Positions 28,664 to 37,494 of a stretch of DNA of 64,000 nucleotides are shown here, piece after piece. The notes beneath the pieces are model-generated. The model worked only from the letters and a program-made list of their open reading frames with translations, was not told where the DNA came from and searched no databases. The position numbers were made by a program, and so were the translations under genes. How positions within the stretch are numbered: the stretch's first letter is position 1; every line of letters starts with the position of its first letter. The stretch is from positions 1 to 64,000 of the IMG/VR virus record IMGVR_UViG_3300043219_000566; one strand, 5' to 3'.

Positions 28664-28874
28664 CGGCGATCTCCTGTCCAACGGTTTTTTGCAGCTCGCG
28701 CTCGACAAACGCGCAGCAACCCCGGCCGTCTATCTGCACGTGGTAGATGAGCCTACCAGCGTATTCACAAATCCAGCTCACGTAACCGGTGCCCCAGGCG
28801 CGAATAGACAACCTGCGATGTGAGTCGCAAAAAACGCGGTCACCGATCTCGAACTTGGTCTGCATGCCAGGCAT
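28629..28874 (-). CDS. SH3-chain paralogue
   Basis: KFEIGDRVFC...YHVQIDG...ERELQKTVGQEIADAW. Confidence 0.75.
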   Translation of the reverse strand: MPGMQTKFEIGDRVFCDSHRRLSIRAWGTGYVSWICEYAGRLIYHVQIDGRGCCAFVERELQKTVGQEIADAWRAAQVQGG

Positions 28875-29094
28875 CGACGACCTCCTGCCCTACGGTTTTT
28901 TCCAACTCGCCCTCAAAGAACGGGCGGTGAGTAGCATTGCTCAAGTCCACGTAGTAAATACATGGGTTGTTCTCGTGCACTGAAACCATACGCACGCAAC
29001 CGCAGCCCCATGGCCGCGAAATCCGACCTGTCCGATCGCGCTCGTCGCAACGAACGCGATCACCTTTCTTGAACTTGGGCGGCTCTCCAGGCAT
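28840..29094 (-). CDS. SH3-chain paralogue
   Basis: MPGEPPKFKKGDRVRC...YYVDLS...EGELEKTVGQEVVDAW. Confidence 0.75.
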   Translation of the reverse strand: MPGEPPKFKKGDRVRCDERDRTGRISRPWGCGCVRMVSVHENNPCIYYVDLSNATHRPFFEGELEKTVGQEVVDAWHADQVRDR

Positions 29095-29299
29095 CGACGA
29101 TCTCCTGACTCGTGGTGAGCTGTAACTCGTACTCGTACACCCGGTATAACTCGCCGCCATCTGCACAAACTACGTAATCCTGGGGAAACGTGCATTCGCA
29201 CACGCGTCCGAAGCTCACACTCGTAGGACGTAGGTTTGGAAAAGCGGTATCGACGATAAAACGAACGCGATCACCCACCCTGAATCGCTTTCCAGGCAT
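29060..29299 (-). CDS. SH3-chain paralogue
   Basis: RFRVGDRVRF...YVVCADG...EYELQLTTSQEIVDAW. Confidence 0.75.
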   Translation of the reverse strand: MPGKRFRVGDRVRFIVDTAFPNLRPTSVSFGRVCECTFPQDYVVCADGGELYRVYEYELQLTTSQEIVDAWRAAQVQER

Positions 29300-29537
29300 C
29301 ACTAATCTCCTGAGACACTGCGATCTCTACGTGCTCCTTCTTGATTAGTATCGGATGACGCGTGCCGTTGAGCCGCACCTCGCAAATCGAGTTCATAAAC
29401 TCGGCAGATTGCCCAGAAAACGCGCGCCCGTCGCCGATCTCGGTAACCAGCCCGAACGCGGGCGCACCGAGCTGTCGGTAGCACAGGACCCGGTCACCGA
29501 TCTTGAGCGTCGGGAACTTGAGTATCTCGCCAGGCAT
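29271..29537 (-). CDS. SH3-chain paralogue
   Basis: TLKIGDRVLC...FGLVTEI...EVRLNG...IAVSQEISDAW. Confidence 0.75.
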   Translation of the reverse strand: MPGEILKFPTLKIGDRVLCYRQLGAPAFGLVTEIGDGRAFSGQSAEFMNSICEVRLNGTRHPILIKKEHVEIAVSQEISDAWKAIQGG

Positions 29538-29820
29538 CGACAATCTCCTGCGTCGCTGTCTTCTCCATCAGCTCCTCCGGGATCATGGCACCTGTGCCGC
29601 CGTTGCGGTAACGCACCATGTAGAAACCGCGCAACTCAGCAGACTTCGCTGGTGGGCTGCGCTCGCCCCGCGGATCGAGCGTAACGGCTGAGAAGCTGAT
29701 TACTATTTCGTTCTTAACCGTAGCAAAACCAGCACGATGAATCCCCCTGGTCGATTTCACCAAGACCTGATCACCGGGCTTAAAAGCGTGCTCGCCGGGC
29801 TTGAAGGTCGGGGAAAGCAT
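29494..29820 (-). CDS. SH3-chain paralogue
   Basis: FKPGDQVLVK...YMVRYRNG...EELMEKTATQEIVDAW. Confidence 0.75.
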   Translation of the reverse strand: MLSPTFKPGEHAFKPGDQVLVKSTRGIHRAGFATVKNEIVISFSAVTLDPRGERSPPAKSAELRGFYMVRYRNGGTGAMIPEELMEKTATQEIVDAWRDTQVPDAQDR

Positions 29821-30016
29821 CGATGATCTCCTGTGCCGCCGTTTTGCGCGCCCAGCACTTGCCATGCGTGCTGGGCCTCGAACAGCGGTCGAACTTGATG
29901 TCGATACAGCCGGGTACCATCGCCAACAGCACTCGGCCAAGCATCCAACGCGGCCGCGCGACGGAACCTACGTTCAAAGCAACGCGGTCACCGGGCTTGA
30001 AGATCGGAGAAGGCAT
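29780..30016 (-). CDS. SH3-chain paralogue
   Basis: FKPGDRVAL...LGRV...DIKFD...KTAAQEIIDAF. Confidence 0.7.
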   Translation of the reverse strand: MPSPIFKPGDRVALNVGSVARPRWMLGRVLLAMVPGCIDIKFDRCSRPSTHGKCWARKTAAQEIIDAFPDLQARRARF

Positions 30017-30269
30017 CGATGATCTCCTGTGTCGCTGTCTTGCACACCCGCGCCGGATGAACCGCGGTGGAGCTGCTGTAACCGTTAAATACAACGTCAA
30101 CAAGCTCTGGGTGCGCTTTGAGTTCCTGAACCTGGAAATCGAAAGGAGGAGTCGGCGGAGGCAGACAAGTCGCCGGGGCGCACACTCTCCCGAAAAACAG
30201 CCACGGGGTGTTGCCGGAGCCCAGGTTCACCTGCACACAGTCACCGATTTTTAAGGTCGGGGAAGGCAT
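29988..30269 (-). CDS. SH3-chain paralogue
   Basis: TLKIGDCVQV...FGRV...DVVFNG...KTATQEIIDAF. Confidence 0.7.
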   Translation of the reverse strand: MPSPTLKIGDCVQVNLGSGNTPWLFFGRVCAPATCLPPPTPPFDFQVQELKAHPELVDVVFNGYSSSTAVHPARVCKTATQEIIDAFSDLQAR

Positions 30270-30462
30270 CGATGATCTCCTGAGTCGCCGTTAGTTGTAC
30301 ATCGTGCTTGAAATGGAGACCGTGCCAGTTCTCCCCGTCGAACCGCACCAGCGCGCCCCACCCGTGTTCAAGCCCGGCTACATAGCCAAGCCGCCGTCTG
30401 TCCGGACGACGCGAAACGTAAACGATAACGCGGTCACCGATTTTTAAGGTCGAGGAAGGCAT
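30241..30462 (-). CDS. SH3-chain paralogue
   Basis: TLKIGDRVIV...LGYV...VRFDG...LTATQEIIDAF. Confidence 0.75.
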   Translation of the reverse strand: MPSSTLKIGDRVIVYVSRRPDRRRLGYVAGLEHGWGALVRFDGENWHGLHFKHDVQLTATQEIIDAFPDLKNR

Positions 30463-30664
30463 CGATGATCTCCTGCGTAGCTGTCAGAAAAACGTACTCG
30501 GCATGGACGAGAATCTCCTTTCCGTCGTTCAATCGCACGCGGACACTGTAGCAGCCACCGCGGATAATGCGCCCAAGGCCGCGCTGGCTGCCGTCCCAGC
30601 GCACACATACGACGTGATCACCCTCCTCGAACACCTTGAACGCTCTGTTCGTTCTTAAAAGCAT
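30434..30664 (-). CDS. SH3-chain paralogue
   Basis: FEEGDHVVC...LGRII...VRLNDG...LTATQEIIDAF. Confidence 0.75.
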   Translation of the reverse strand: MLLRTNRAFKVFEEGDHVVCVRWDGSQRGLGRIIRGGCYSVRVRLNDGKEILVHAEYVFLTATQEIIDAFLDLKNR

Positions 30665-30887
30665 TGATGATCTCCTGCGACGTCGTGCGCCACATCCAGT
30701 CCGCGAACACCCGGGGCGTTGCCACCGTCTTGCCCTTGATCACGCGCACGTCGTACATCGGCACGCGCTGGTTGTTCATGGAGGGGTCGCGAACTGTCCC
30801 GGCATACTTGATAACAGTGCCGATAAGCGCGTCGCCGAACAGCTGGATGAGCACGCGCTCACCGGGCTTGAACTTATCGAAGACCAT
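30618..30887 (-). CDS. SH3-chain paralogue
   Basis: KFKPGERVLI...IGTVI...YDVRV...RTTSQEIINAF. Confidence 0.75.
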   Translation of the reverse strand: MVFDKFKPGERVLIQLFGDALIGTVIKYAGTVRDPSMNNQRVPMYDVRVIKGKTVATPRVFADWMWRTTSQEIINAFKNEQSVQGVRGG

Positions 30888-31255
30888 CAGCTCAATCCGA
30901 ACTTGAGCAAGAGCTGCTCGGTGGCGGGCAGCTCCAGCTCGGCGCGGTAGGCAAAGACGAATTTACTGGCGTGCAACGACCGCAGTTTGAATAATCGGAG
31001 ACCGTGCTTGTCGTAGTCGTATTTAACCACCCGAGCAAAACCCTCTTCCCACCAATCTACAGAGTACCAGCAGCAGTAATAGACTCGTTGCCCGACATGT
31101 GGACACCACGGTTTCTGCGCCAGGTCGATTGGGGCGGTTGGCTCCGGCAACTGCACGGGCTTGGGTTCACGCTGATCAGACTCGGCAAGAGCCTGGAAAT
31201 CGATCGGGGAAGTTGGCGCGGGCGGGCAGACGGGTTTCGGCTTTTTCCCGAACAT
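30887..31255 (-). CDS. Pro-rich N-terminus plus SH3-barrel-like domain
   Basis: PHVGQRVYYC...FARVV...AELELPATEQLL. Confidence 0.55.
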   Translation of the reverse strand: MFGKKPKPVCPPAPTSPIDFQALAESDQREPKPVQLPEPTAPIDLAQKPWCPHVGQRVYYCCWYSVDWWEEGFARVVKYDYDKHGLRLFKLRSLHASKFVFAYRAELELPATEQLLLKFGLS

Positions 31256-31265
31256 GACGTAGCCC

Positions 31266-31541
31266 TCAGCTAGCAGCTGCATGCCGCTCGGCAGCCCAGG
31301 TCCGCACTAGCTCGTGGCTCGCCGAACGTACGATGCCCAGCTCCAAAACGTTACAAGTTGCTCCGGTATTCAACGAGCGCACCTGGTAGACGTTCCCGGA
31401 AACACCGTGTTTGCGCATGAGAATGCGCCAACGCTGGCTGATGTTGCCGCGGTAGTGCAAACAGACTTCCTCGCCGTGATCAAACCGAAAAGGACTGATC
31501 CGGCGGTGAGTTCGCTTCTTGGTAGCTAATCGTTCACTCAT
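31266..31541 (-). CDS. divergent SH3-chain member
   Basis: RFDHGEEVCL...VYQVRSL...RSASHELVRTW. Confidence 0.55.
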   Translation of the reverse strand: MSERLATKKRTHRRISPFRFDHGEEVCLHYRGNISQRWRILMRKHGVSGNVYQVRSLNTGATCNVLELGIVRSASHELVRTWAAERHAAAS

Positions 31542-31876
31542 GGTTCACCGTCCAATCTCGGAGAATGCAGCATGCGGGCGTGCGAGGCGAGCGTCTCGGC
31601 CCCGTCCAAACAAACCTCGTTGGCCGGAAGCGAGAGGGTACCTCGGTCCACAGGCGACGCCGCATCCAAGATTCTCAGCCAATACCACACCTGCCTGCCG
31701 CTCTGTCCCACTGAGTCTACGCGGGCACGGCAGCCTTCGAGCCGCCGATACTTGTGGGACCGGCTCGCGGTGGAAAGTGGCTTGCGGATGACGACAATGT
31801 CACCAGGCTGCAACACTTCCGTGGCCGGAGGGTCCTCACGGTCTTCGATCCAGTCCTGTAGCGACTTGGTTGTCAT
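31538..31876 (-). CDS. divergent SH3-chain member
   Basis: LQPGDIVVI...GCRARV...YWLRI; ATGA overlap with the upstream gene. Confidence 0.55.
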   Translation of the reverse strand: MTTKSLQDWIEDREDPPATEVLQPGDIVVIRKPLSTASRSHKYRRLEGCRARVDSVGQSGRQVWYWLRILDAASPVDRGTLSLPANEVCLDGAETLASHARMLHSPRLDGEP

Positions 31877-32145
31877 AGGTTTAGATGTCTTCTGTGGCCA
31901 GCGGCAACCTCTGCGCTGACCGCAATAGCCAGGTCCTGGTGACGTAACGACCACACCTTTCTGTGTTTGGGATGCACGTTCTCAAAAGTGACCCGCACGA
32001 TCCAGTAACCGGCTGCGCCATCCCCCTCGTACGAACACGACTGCACCAAGGCGCGCTTGCCGTGCATCGGGTGCGCTCTACTTACGGGCGTAACCCACTC
32101 GCCCTCAGTAAAGGGCGGTGGGTTACGGGTAGTTCGACCGCTCAT
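31873..32145 (-). CDS. divergent SH3-chain member (first in the chain)
   Basis: PFTEGEWVT...GKRALV...WIVRVTF...AIAVSAEVAA. Confidence 0.55.
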   Translation of the reverse strand: MSGRTTRNPPPFTEGEWVTPVSRAHPMHGKRALVQSCSYEGDGAAGYWIVRVTFENVHPKHRKVWSLRHQDLAIAVSAEVAAGHRRHLNL

Positions 32146-32157
32146 AGCAGTCCCTCG

Positions 32158-32742
32158 TTAGTCGATTTCGCTTTCGTCCACCTCGAAATCTGAGAGATCC
32201 GGCGGCTCAAAATCATCCAAGGACTCTAATTCTCCGACGCCGTCGTTGCCGCTCGCGATCAGCTCCTCGTAGGTCTTCTCCGTCGGTCCCTGCTTGATTT
32301 CGTCCGTAGTCAACGTGTGCTGATGCTCCACGTTGGGTTTTGATAGCTTGCTTCCCACCGATAATTCAGCCAGATCGACACCTAGCTCCTTGGCGATAGC
32401 GCCCAAGTTGATGTTCGCGTCTGGTTGTCCCCGCACCGGCCCCATCGAATGGACCTTGTTGGTCTCCGTGTCTTTGGCCAGAATGCAGCCGGTCGTCGAG
32501 TCGTAGCGGCAGATGAATTTATCAGTGTTCTGGGGGCTGACTTTGACAGTATCTTGCAGAGCGACGAGGTACAGCTGACCTTCCTCGTTACAACACAGCA
32601 TGTTGATGCCGTTACTACGGACCAAGCGGGTCTCGTGAATACCGACCACCGACGATTGACCAGCTGACAGACGTACGGGCTTTGCAAAAAATACGCTGAT
32701 TTTGGGTAATTGTGCGATCAACTCCTGAGAGAGGTTTTTCAT
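32158..32742 (-). CDS. hypothetical protein with acidic C-terminal tail
   Basis: AAGGAG RBS before MKNLSQ; ends DDFEPPDLSDFEVDESEID. Confidence 0.6.
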   Translation of the reverse strand: MKNLSQELIAQLPKISVFFAKPVRLSAGQSSVVGIHETRLVRSNGINMLCCNEEGQLYLVALQDTVKVSPQNTDKFICRYDSTTGCILAKDTETNKVHSMGPVRGQPDANINLGAIAKELGVDLAELSVGSKLSKPNVEHQHTLTTDEIKQGPTEKTYEELIASGNDGVGELESLDDFEPPDLSDFEVDESEID

Positions 32743-32776
32743 CGCCACTGACTCCTTGCTTGTGCATCGATCGTCC

Positions 32777-33040
32777 TCAAGTGAGGTCGACGCTCTCGCG
32801 CGCGGGAGCGTGGTAGCGCGTCTCTTCGCCCGGCTGGTAGACTTCGATGTCCTCGACAGTAACGTTGAATAAAGGGCAACCGTCTTCAGGAATCCTGCCG
32901 ATTGCCTCGTGTTTACTGTCGACGAGCTGGAACTTAACGCAGGCCGCTGCGACCTTCCTGGCAGCATCGTTCCTGTTCTCAGCACTTATGCGCAACCGCA
33001 CCCAGCCATCTACCGTGATGCCGACGTCATAGTCTGGCAT
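32777..33040 (-). CDS. small hypothetical phage protein
   Basis: MPDYDVGITVDGWVRLRISAENRNDAARK. Confidence 0.5.
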   Translation of the reverse strand: MPDYDVGITVDGWVRLRISAENRNDAARKVAAACVKFQLVDSKHEAIGRIPEDGCPLFNVTVEDIEVYQPGEETRYHAPARESVDLT

Positions 33041-33087
33041 GACTATCACCAAAAAAGAGAGCGAGCATCCCTGCTCGCCCGGTTGCG

Positions 33088-33816
33088 CTAGACCAATTTC
33101 TCACACTCCGCAATCGTCGATTTCAGTTTTGCCAGCGCAGCTTTCATCTGCTTGACCGCATCGCGCACCGCAGTACGCGCTTCGCGGCGCTGCACGGTGT
33201 CTTCGATCGCCTGCAGGTTCTTCGCTGCCTCGGGAACCCGCTCCAGGTGAGCCACCATAGTGGCCGCTTCAGCGCCGATGCGCTTGAAGGCCTGCGGAGC
33301 GTTCTTTACCGCAATCCGCGGCTTTTTAGGCCCGCGCTTCAGCAGCTTCCGCACGGCGTCGTCGAACCCGGCCGGTCCGAGATTCCCCGCCAAAATCTCT
33401 TTCAGCACGATCACGCGGTCGCTGTCCGAAAATCCGGTCCACTTGCCCATCATGCGCCAACTCGGTGGCTGCGGCAAAGCACGCAGCTCCTCCAGAGTAG
33501 CCGTGCTGATGTGATTATGGAACTTGATGCACTGCTGAAGACTCAGCCGCCCGATGCCCAAGTCTGCGGCGATACAGTCGACGGAGACCTCGCCGTACGT
33601 CTCCTTGTTCTTCTTGGACAGCAGCTTGCGCGCGTGACCCCCGCGGTGGTAGCTGTGCCGCAGCCAGTAGGCTCTGCCCGCGGATTCCATCTCCCCCATC
33701 TTGCCGATGAGCTTCCTATACTCGCGCTGCTGCGCACTAGTGCGCTCCAGCTTGCCACGCGGACTTGCGCCCGCTGCAGGCGGGTTCATACCGCTCGCTC
33801 GCGCCTTCTTCGCCAT
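33088..33816 (-). CDS. DUF1016 (YhcG) N-terminal-like DNA-binding protein
   Basis: YGEVSVDCIAADLGIG..SLQQCIKFH...PPSWR echoes the YG..i..LA..L....L.....FY...LSW pattern; AGGAG RBS. Confidence 0.4.
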   Translation of the reverse strand: MAKKARASGMNPPAAGASPRGKLERTSAQQREYRKLIGKMGEMESAGRAYWLRHSYHRGGHARKLLSKKNKETYGEVSVDCIAADLGIGRLSLQQCIKFHNHISTATLEELRALPQPPSWRMMGKWTGFSDSDRVIVLKEILAGNLGPAGFDDAVRKLLKRGPKKPRIAVKNAPQAFKRIGAEAATMVAHLERVPEAAKNLQAIEDTVQRREARTAVRDAVKQMKAALAKLKSTIAECEKLV

Positions 33817-33831
33817 GAGAATTCTCCTCTG

Positions 33832-35328
33832 CTATTCGGGAAAGATTTTCCGGACCTGATCATCAGACACGGTTGAAGCCCTCGCAACAATTGCAGCCCA
33901 GTCGAGATCGAGGATGTCACCAGCTACCTGTTCCAGCTGGATCTGCCGCACCGTGTCCTCGATCGCTTGCGACATTCGCGTAAGACCATTCTGAAGGGTG
34001 AAGGCGCTGAGGGCAAGACCCGCAACCATGTTTCTCTCGGTCGCCACGCCGATTTGCCACAAACGCAGGTCCTGGTTCGAGAAAAACGACCGGTACGAGG
34101 AGCCAATCGCGATGAGCAAGCGCTCGATCGTCAGTGAGTCATCCTCCTTGAACTGGATGTGCTGCAAGGCGAGCAAGCGGTCCAGATGGGCGGTTACCAG
34201 CGGAATCTGGGTGTGAACAAACTTGGTCAGCTTGCCCTCCAGGTTGTCCAGATCCACCTTCCCGGCGTGAGTGACGCCCCAAGCATCGGCAGCGAACAGA
34301 GTTATGCCGCGAGTAAGCGCGCGGTAGATGAACGGCAGCACCCCGCAGCGCCGGTTGCCGATCTCGCCCGAGAAGAAGAACAGGCCGCCGCCGTAATCGC
34401 TGTCCCGCTCAGTCCGCGAAATCGAGGGCATCAGCACCGCGCCCTTGAGCAAATCGCCGTCGAAGAACCCGCGCTCAGTGACGCCGGTAGGCACCAGCCT
34501 GGCCAGAAGCCGCATAAGCCACTGGTGGCTGATATCGTCCCGGTAGTTCTTGTGCAGAATCGCCCGGCAGGTGCGATAAGCGGGCCAATCGCCGCTCTTG
34601 TGGTCGGGGCGCAACGTGCGCAGCATCACCGTCTGCGGCTCGAACTCGTCCAACGCGTTGAGACTGCCGTACTTATCTCCGATCAACCGGAGCGCGTAGT
34701 TGACCAAATCCTCGGCGTGACTCCACGAGGACCGCACCTCTTCCTTGGGAGCGCCCCAGATCAGCGATTTCAGCAGCCCGCCGGTCAGCGAACGGAGATG
34801 GGTCTTGTCGCTCGCGTAGCGCGCTACGGCTTGCAGAAAGGAGCCCGCAGGAGCCATCCGCAGCCGTCGCATCTCCTGCGGCGAGCAGGTCTCCGGCCCG
34901 GGGTCATAGGGCGACGGCGTCGCCGGAAGCGGTGGACCGTAGCACACGATCACGAACCTGTGTTCCGCGCCATGCTGGTGCTGCAGCCCTCCCTGCGAGG
35001 CACGCAGCTGCCGGAATGTGATCAAGCGGTCGTCGATCAGCTTGGTGAAATACTCCACCTTGGCCAACAAATCGGTGATTGGCCGTCCGTGCTCGCGCAA
35101 CCGGCGGCCCAGCTTCCTGATCGTGCCATGCGAAACCTGGGCCTGGATCGCGGCCGAGCGCACCTCGAACGCGGTCTTGGGCTTGGTCGCCTCGGTCTTG
35201 GTAGCCCGCTCGCGTTGACGCTGAGCCTGCTGCTCCAACGTCCCCATCCCTGCGATCGGATCGTGGGGCTCGGGCGCGGAGACCTGGGGAGTGGTATCGA
35301 AAGTCTGGGGGGTAGTCATGACGCTCAT
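33832..35328 (-). CDS. DUF932-like domain protein
   Basis: FFFSGEIGNRRCGVLPFIYRALTRGI resembles the DUF932 NSExG...l.pf.yr..C.NG motif, followed by HAGK. Confidence 0.5.
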   Translation of the reverse strand: MSVMTTPQTFDTTPQVSAPEPHDPIAGMGTLEQQAQRQRERATKTEATKPKTAFEVRSAAIQAQVSHGTIRKLGRRLREHGRPITDLLAKVEYFTKLIDDRLITFRQLRASQGGLQHQHGAEHRFVIVCYGPPLPATPSPYDPGPETCSPQEMRRLRMAPAGSFLQAVARYASDKTHLRSLTGGLLKSLIWGAPKEEVRSSWSHAEDLVNYALRLIGDKYGSLNALDEFEPQTVMLRTLRPDHKSGDWPAYRTCRAILHKNYRDDISHQWLMRLLARLVPTGVTERGFFDGDLLKGAVLMPSISRTERDSDYGGGLFFFSGEIGNRRCGVLPFIYRALTRGITLFAADAWGVTHAGKVDLDNLEGKLTKFVHTQIPLVTAHLDRLLALQHIQFKEDDSLTIERLLIAIGSSYRSFFSNQDLRLWQIGVATERNMVAGLALSAFTLQNGLTRMSQAIEDTVRQIQLEQVAGDILDLDWAAIVARASTVSDDQVRKIFPE

Positions 35329-35576
35329 GTTTCTCCTTGCTCACGCCAAAAAGGCTCCAACGCCTTCTCGACGTCTGCGATAGGCGTGGTCTTGGACAAG
35401 AACTCGATCTGGGCGTGCCAGCCCTCGCCATTGGTCAGCGACGCCTGACGCGCGGCCGCGTTGCAAACTAGCTCATTGAGTTTGCTGACCATGCCCTGGG
35501 GATCTTTGATGTTACGTGGCGGACCCATCCGCTTGACCAGTTTCATGAATTCGGGACTCATGCTTCCTCCAATCAA
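35325..35576 (-). CDS. hypothetical protein
   Basis: 83-aa ORF with ATGA overlap. Confidence 0.5.
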   Translation of the reverse strand: MIGGSMSPEFMKLVKRMGPPRNIKDPQGMVSKLNELVCNAAARQASLTNGEGWHAQIEFLSKTTPIADVEKALEPFWREQGET

Positions 35577-36010
35577 CTACTCTTCTTGCGCCGCGCCTCG
35601 AAGAACGCATCGTGGAACGCCACAATGGCGTCCTGGCGCTCACGGACATTCAGCAAACTGTGCGCCACGCCGAGCAACTCCAGCGTGATCCCGGACTTCT
35701 CCAGCTGCTGCAACCCGCTGTTCTCAGCCGCGCTCAAGCCCCCGTTCAACACGTAGCTAAAATCACGGCGGGCCAGGTGCCCAAGCACCTCGCGCAAGTT
35801 GCGGGACAGCCGGAACTGCGGCAACGTGCTCGCCAGCCCAGCGAACAGCTTCTGCACACCCGCGTCGCAGTGACGTTGCATGAGCCTCTGCAGCGCGCGC
35901 TGATTCGCCGCGGTCAGCTCCACGCGCGGAGCAGACCAGCGGCACGCAGCTGTCTCCGTCGGCCGAGACCGGCGTGCAAACGGCCCCTTGCCCCGCTGTT
36001 GCTCCGGCAT
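35573..36010 (-). CDS. hypothetical protein
   Basis: 145-aa ORF in the operon. Confidence 0.5.
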   Translation of the reverse strand: MPEQQRGKGPFARRSRPTETAACRWSAPRVELTAANQRALQRLMQRHCDAGVQKLFAGLASTLPQFRLSRNLREVLGHLARRDFSYVLNGGLSAAENSGLQQLEKSGITLELLGVAHSLLNVRERQDAIVAFHDAFFEARRKKSS

Positions 36011-36024
36011 AGGTGCACCTCGAT

Positions 36025-36603
36025 TTAGGGATCAAACGTCCACTGCCAGTGTGAACGCAACACGCTCATCAGGTCGCGCAGATACTGCAGGATCACATTG
36101 CCCTGCCCAGTCTGCCAGACCAGCATGCCGCCACGCACCGGATGGTCCTTGCTCGGGAAGTGGGAAATGACCTCGGTGTAATTGTGAAGCGCAACGATAT
36201 GTTCAGCCCAGGCGGGACGAAAGCACACGGCCAGGTGGCGACTTGTCGCACCAAAACGCTCGCGTGTCTCCTCCCAGAGCTGCGCCCACAACTTCCGAGT
36301 CTTGGGTCCGTCGATCCGATGAGCCAACATCCAGTTCGGGTCGGGAAACCCGGCCATCTTCTTGGGATTGAACGCTTGCTCAACCCGGAAATCACGCACC
36401 GCGCGAAATGTGATCGGGCAGCTCGTGTAGTCGCTGAACCATTCCGGAGTGAAACACTCGGGGTCTCCGGCTTGACCGCGGAAATAGACCGCCGTCGTTG
36501 AAGCCAACCCCAGCCCCTTGATGATCGCGCGGCAGACCCGGTGCTCGAACGTTCCCTGTTTCTGGCTGTCCAGCTCGTCGAAGAACTTATCGTAGTCGCT
36601 CAT
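36025..36603 (-). CDS. hypothetical protein
   Basis: 192-aa ORF with ATGA overlap. Confidence 0.6.
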   Translation of the reverse strand: MSDYDKFFDELDSQKQGTFEHRVCRAIIKGLGLASTTAVYFRGQAGDPECFTPEWFSDYTSCPITFRAVRDFRVEQAFNPKKMAGFPDPNWMLAHRIDGPKTRKLWAQLWEETRERFGATSRHLAVCFRPAWAEHIVALHNYTEVISHFPSKDHPVRGGMLVWQTGQGNVILQYLRDLMSVLRSHWQWTFDP

Positions 36604-37016
36604 CTCTTCTTTTTGCCGAGTTTCTGCTCAGCGATACGCTGCTGGACGATCTGTGGCACGTTATCCGGGATCATCGGCACGCCCGGCGGCCAGCAAGTAA
36701 GCGCCGTCTTCCCCGTCACCGTGCATCGACGTTTTGGACCGTAAAGCAGGGTACCGTGGCGCTCGCAATCCCGCGCGCGCTTATGAAACTGGTCATAATC
36801 CAGCTGCACGCCGTGCATCTGGCCGATCTCGCGCGCGGTCAATCCGGGCCACATGACCACCATCCCGGCTGCCAGAGATTCGTTTCTGCTCTGCATGCCG
36901 GATTCTTGCAGCTCTTTGGCTGACTTCTTGGATGTGGATGGGTCAGTTGTACGAGCAGCAAACGTTGACCTTCTATCCATTCTATTTCTCCTCTGCTCCA
37001 TTGTCTCCGCCAGCAC
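36600..37016 (-). CDS. winged-helix-like protein
   Basis: GLTAREIG...FHKRARDCERHG...KRRCTVTGKTA. Confidence 0.5.
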   Translation of the reverse strand: MLAETMEQRRNRMDRRSTFAARTTDPSTSKKSAKELQESGMQSRNESLAAGMVVMWPGLTAREIGQMHGVQLDYDQFHKRARDCERHGTLLYGPKRRCTVTGKTALTCWPPGVPMIPDNVPQIVQQRIAEQKLGKKKR

Positions 37017-37404
37017 CTACCAGCTGGCGACAACGGGTCAGCACGTAGTTGTAACCTACGTCAGGGAACCGACGTGATCGATCCGGCTCGCACGGCACCG
37101 CTCGATCGTCGACGTAAGCACTGGCAATCGGCTTGCCCGCGCCAGTCCAGATCTCGTCATAGGGCAAATTCCAGCGTTTCAGCCAAGCAGCCACTTTGGC
37201 TTCCAGCGCCTCGGATGGAAACTCGTCACCATGCGCGGATTCGCTGGCTCGCGTCGTGAAGATAGTGACCTTCGCGATCTTGCGTAAACCTGCTAGAAAC
37301 TCACGCGCTCCTGGAAACGGGTCGTCGAAGTGATCCACACCCTTGTAACTCGTGTACTGCGCCAATACACCGTCTAAGTCGACGCAGACTGTTTTCTTGG
37401 CCAT
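36982..37404 (-). CDS. HAD-superfamily phosphatase
   Basis: Motif I VCVDLDGVLA, motif II IFTTR, motif III/IV GKPIASAYVDDRA. Confidence 0.8.
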   Translation of the reverse strand: MAKKTVCVDLDGVLAQYTSYKGVDHFDDPFPGAREFLAGLRKIAKVTIFTTRASESAHGDEFPSEALEAKVAAWLKRWNLPYDEIWTGAGKPIASAYVDDRAVPCEPDRSRRFPDVGYNYVLTRCRQLVGAGGDNGAEEK

Positions 37405-37440
37405 ATCCGCTTCCTCCGCTACGAACCGAGCGAGAAAACA

Positions 37441-37474
37441 ACGAGGCGAGCCCAACAGACAGGCCCGCCTCGCT
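37441..37474 (-). terminator. hairpin sharing its stem with 5032-5059
   Basis: Minus strand AGCGAGGCGGGCC-loop-GGCTCGCCTCGT then TGTTTT, just after the RecA-like gene. Confidence 0.5.
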
Positions 37475-37494
37475 TTCGACTCCCGCCAGGGATA

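Larger units (their letters stand above)
28211..30678 (-). repeat. 12 dispersed copies of the junction motif CAGGAG-N7-ATGC (consensus CAGGAGATCGTCGATGCC)
   Basis: Plus-strand GCATC..(G/A)ATCTCCTG-like copies near 28211, 28422, 28660, 28871, 29091, 29296, 29534, 29817, 30013, 30266, 30459 and 30661, plus an ATG-less copy near 27265. Confidence 0.85.

Noticed and set aside
27201-30678. Integron cassette array
   Set aside because: No attC-like palindromes and no tyrosine integrase in the window; the genes overlap rather than being separated by recombination sites.
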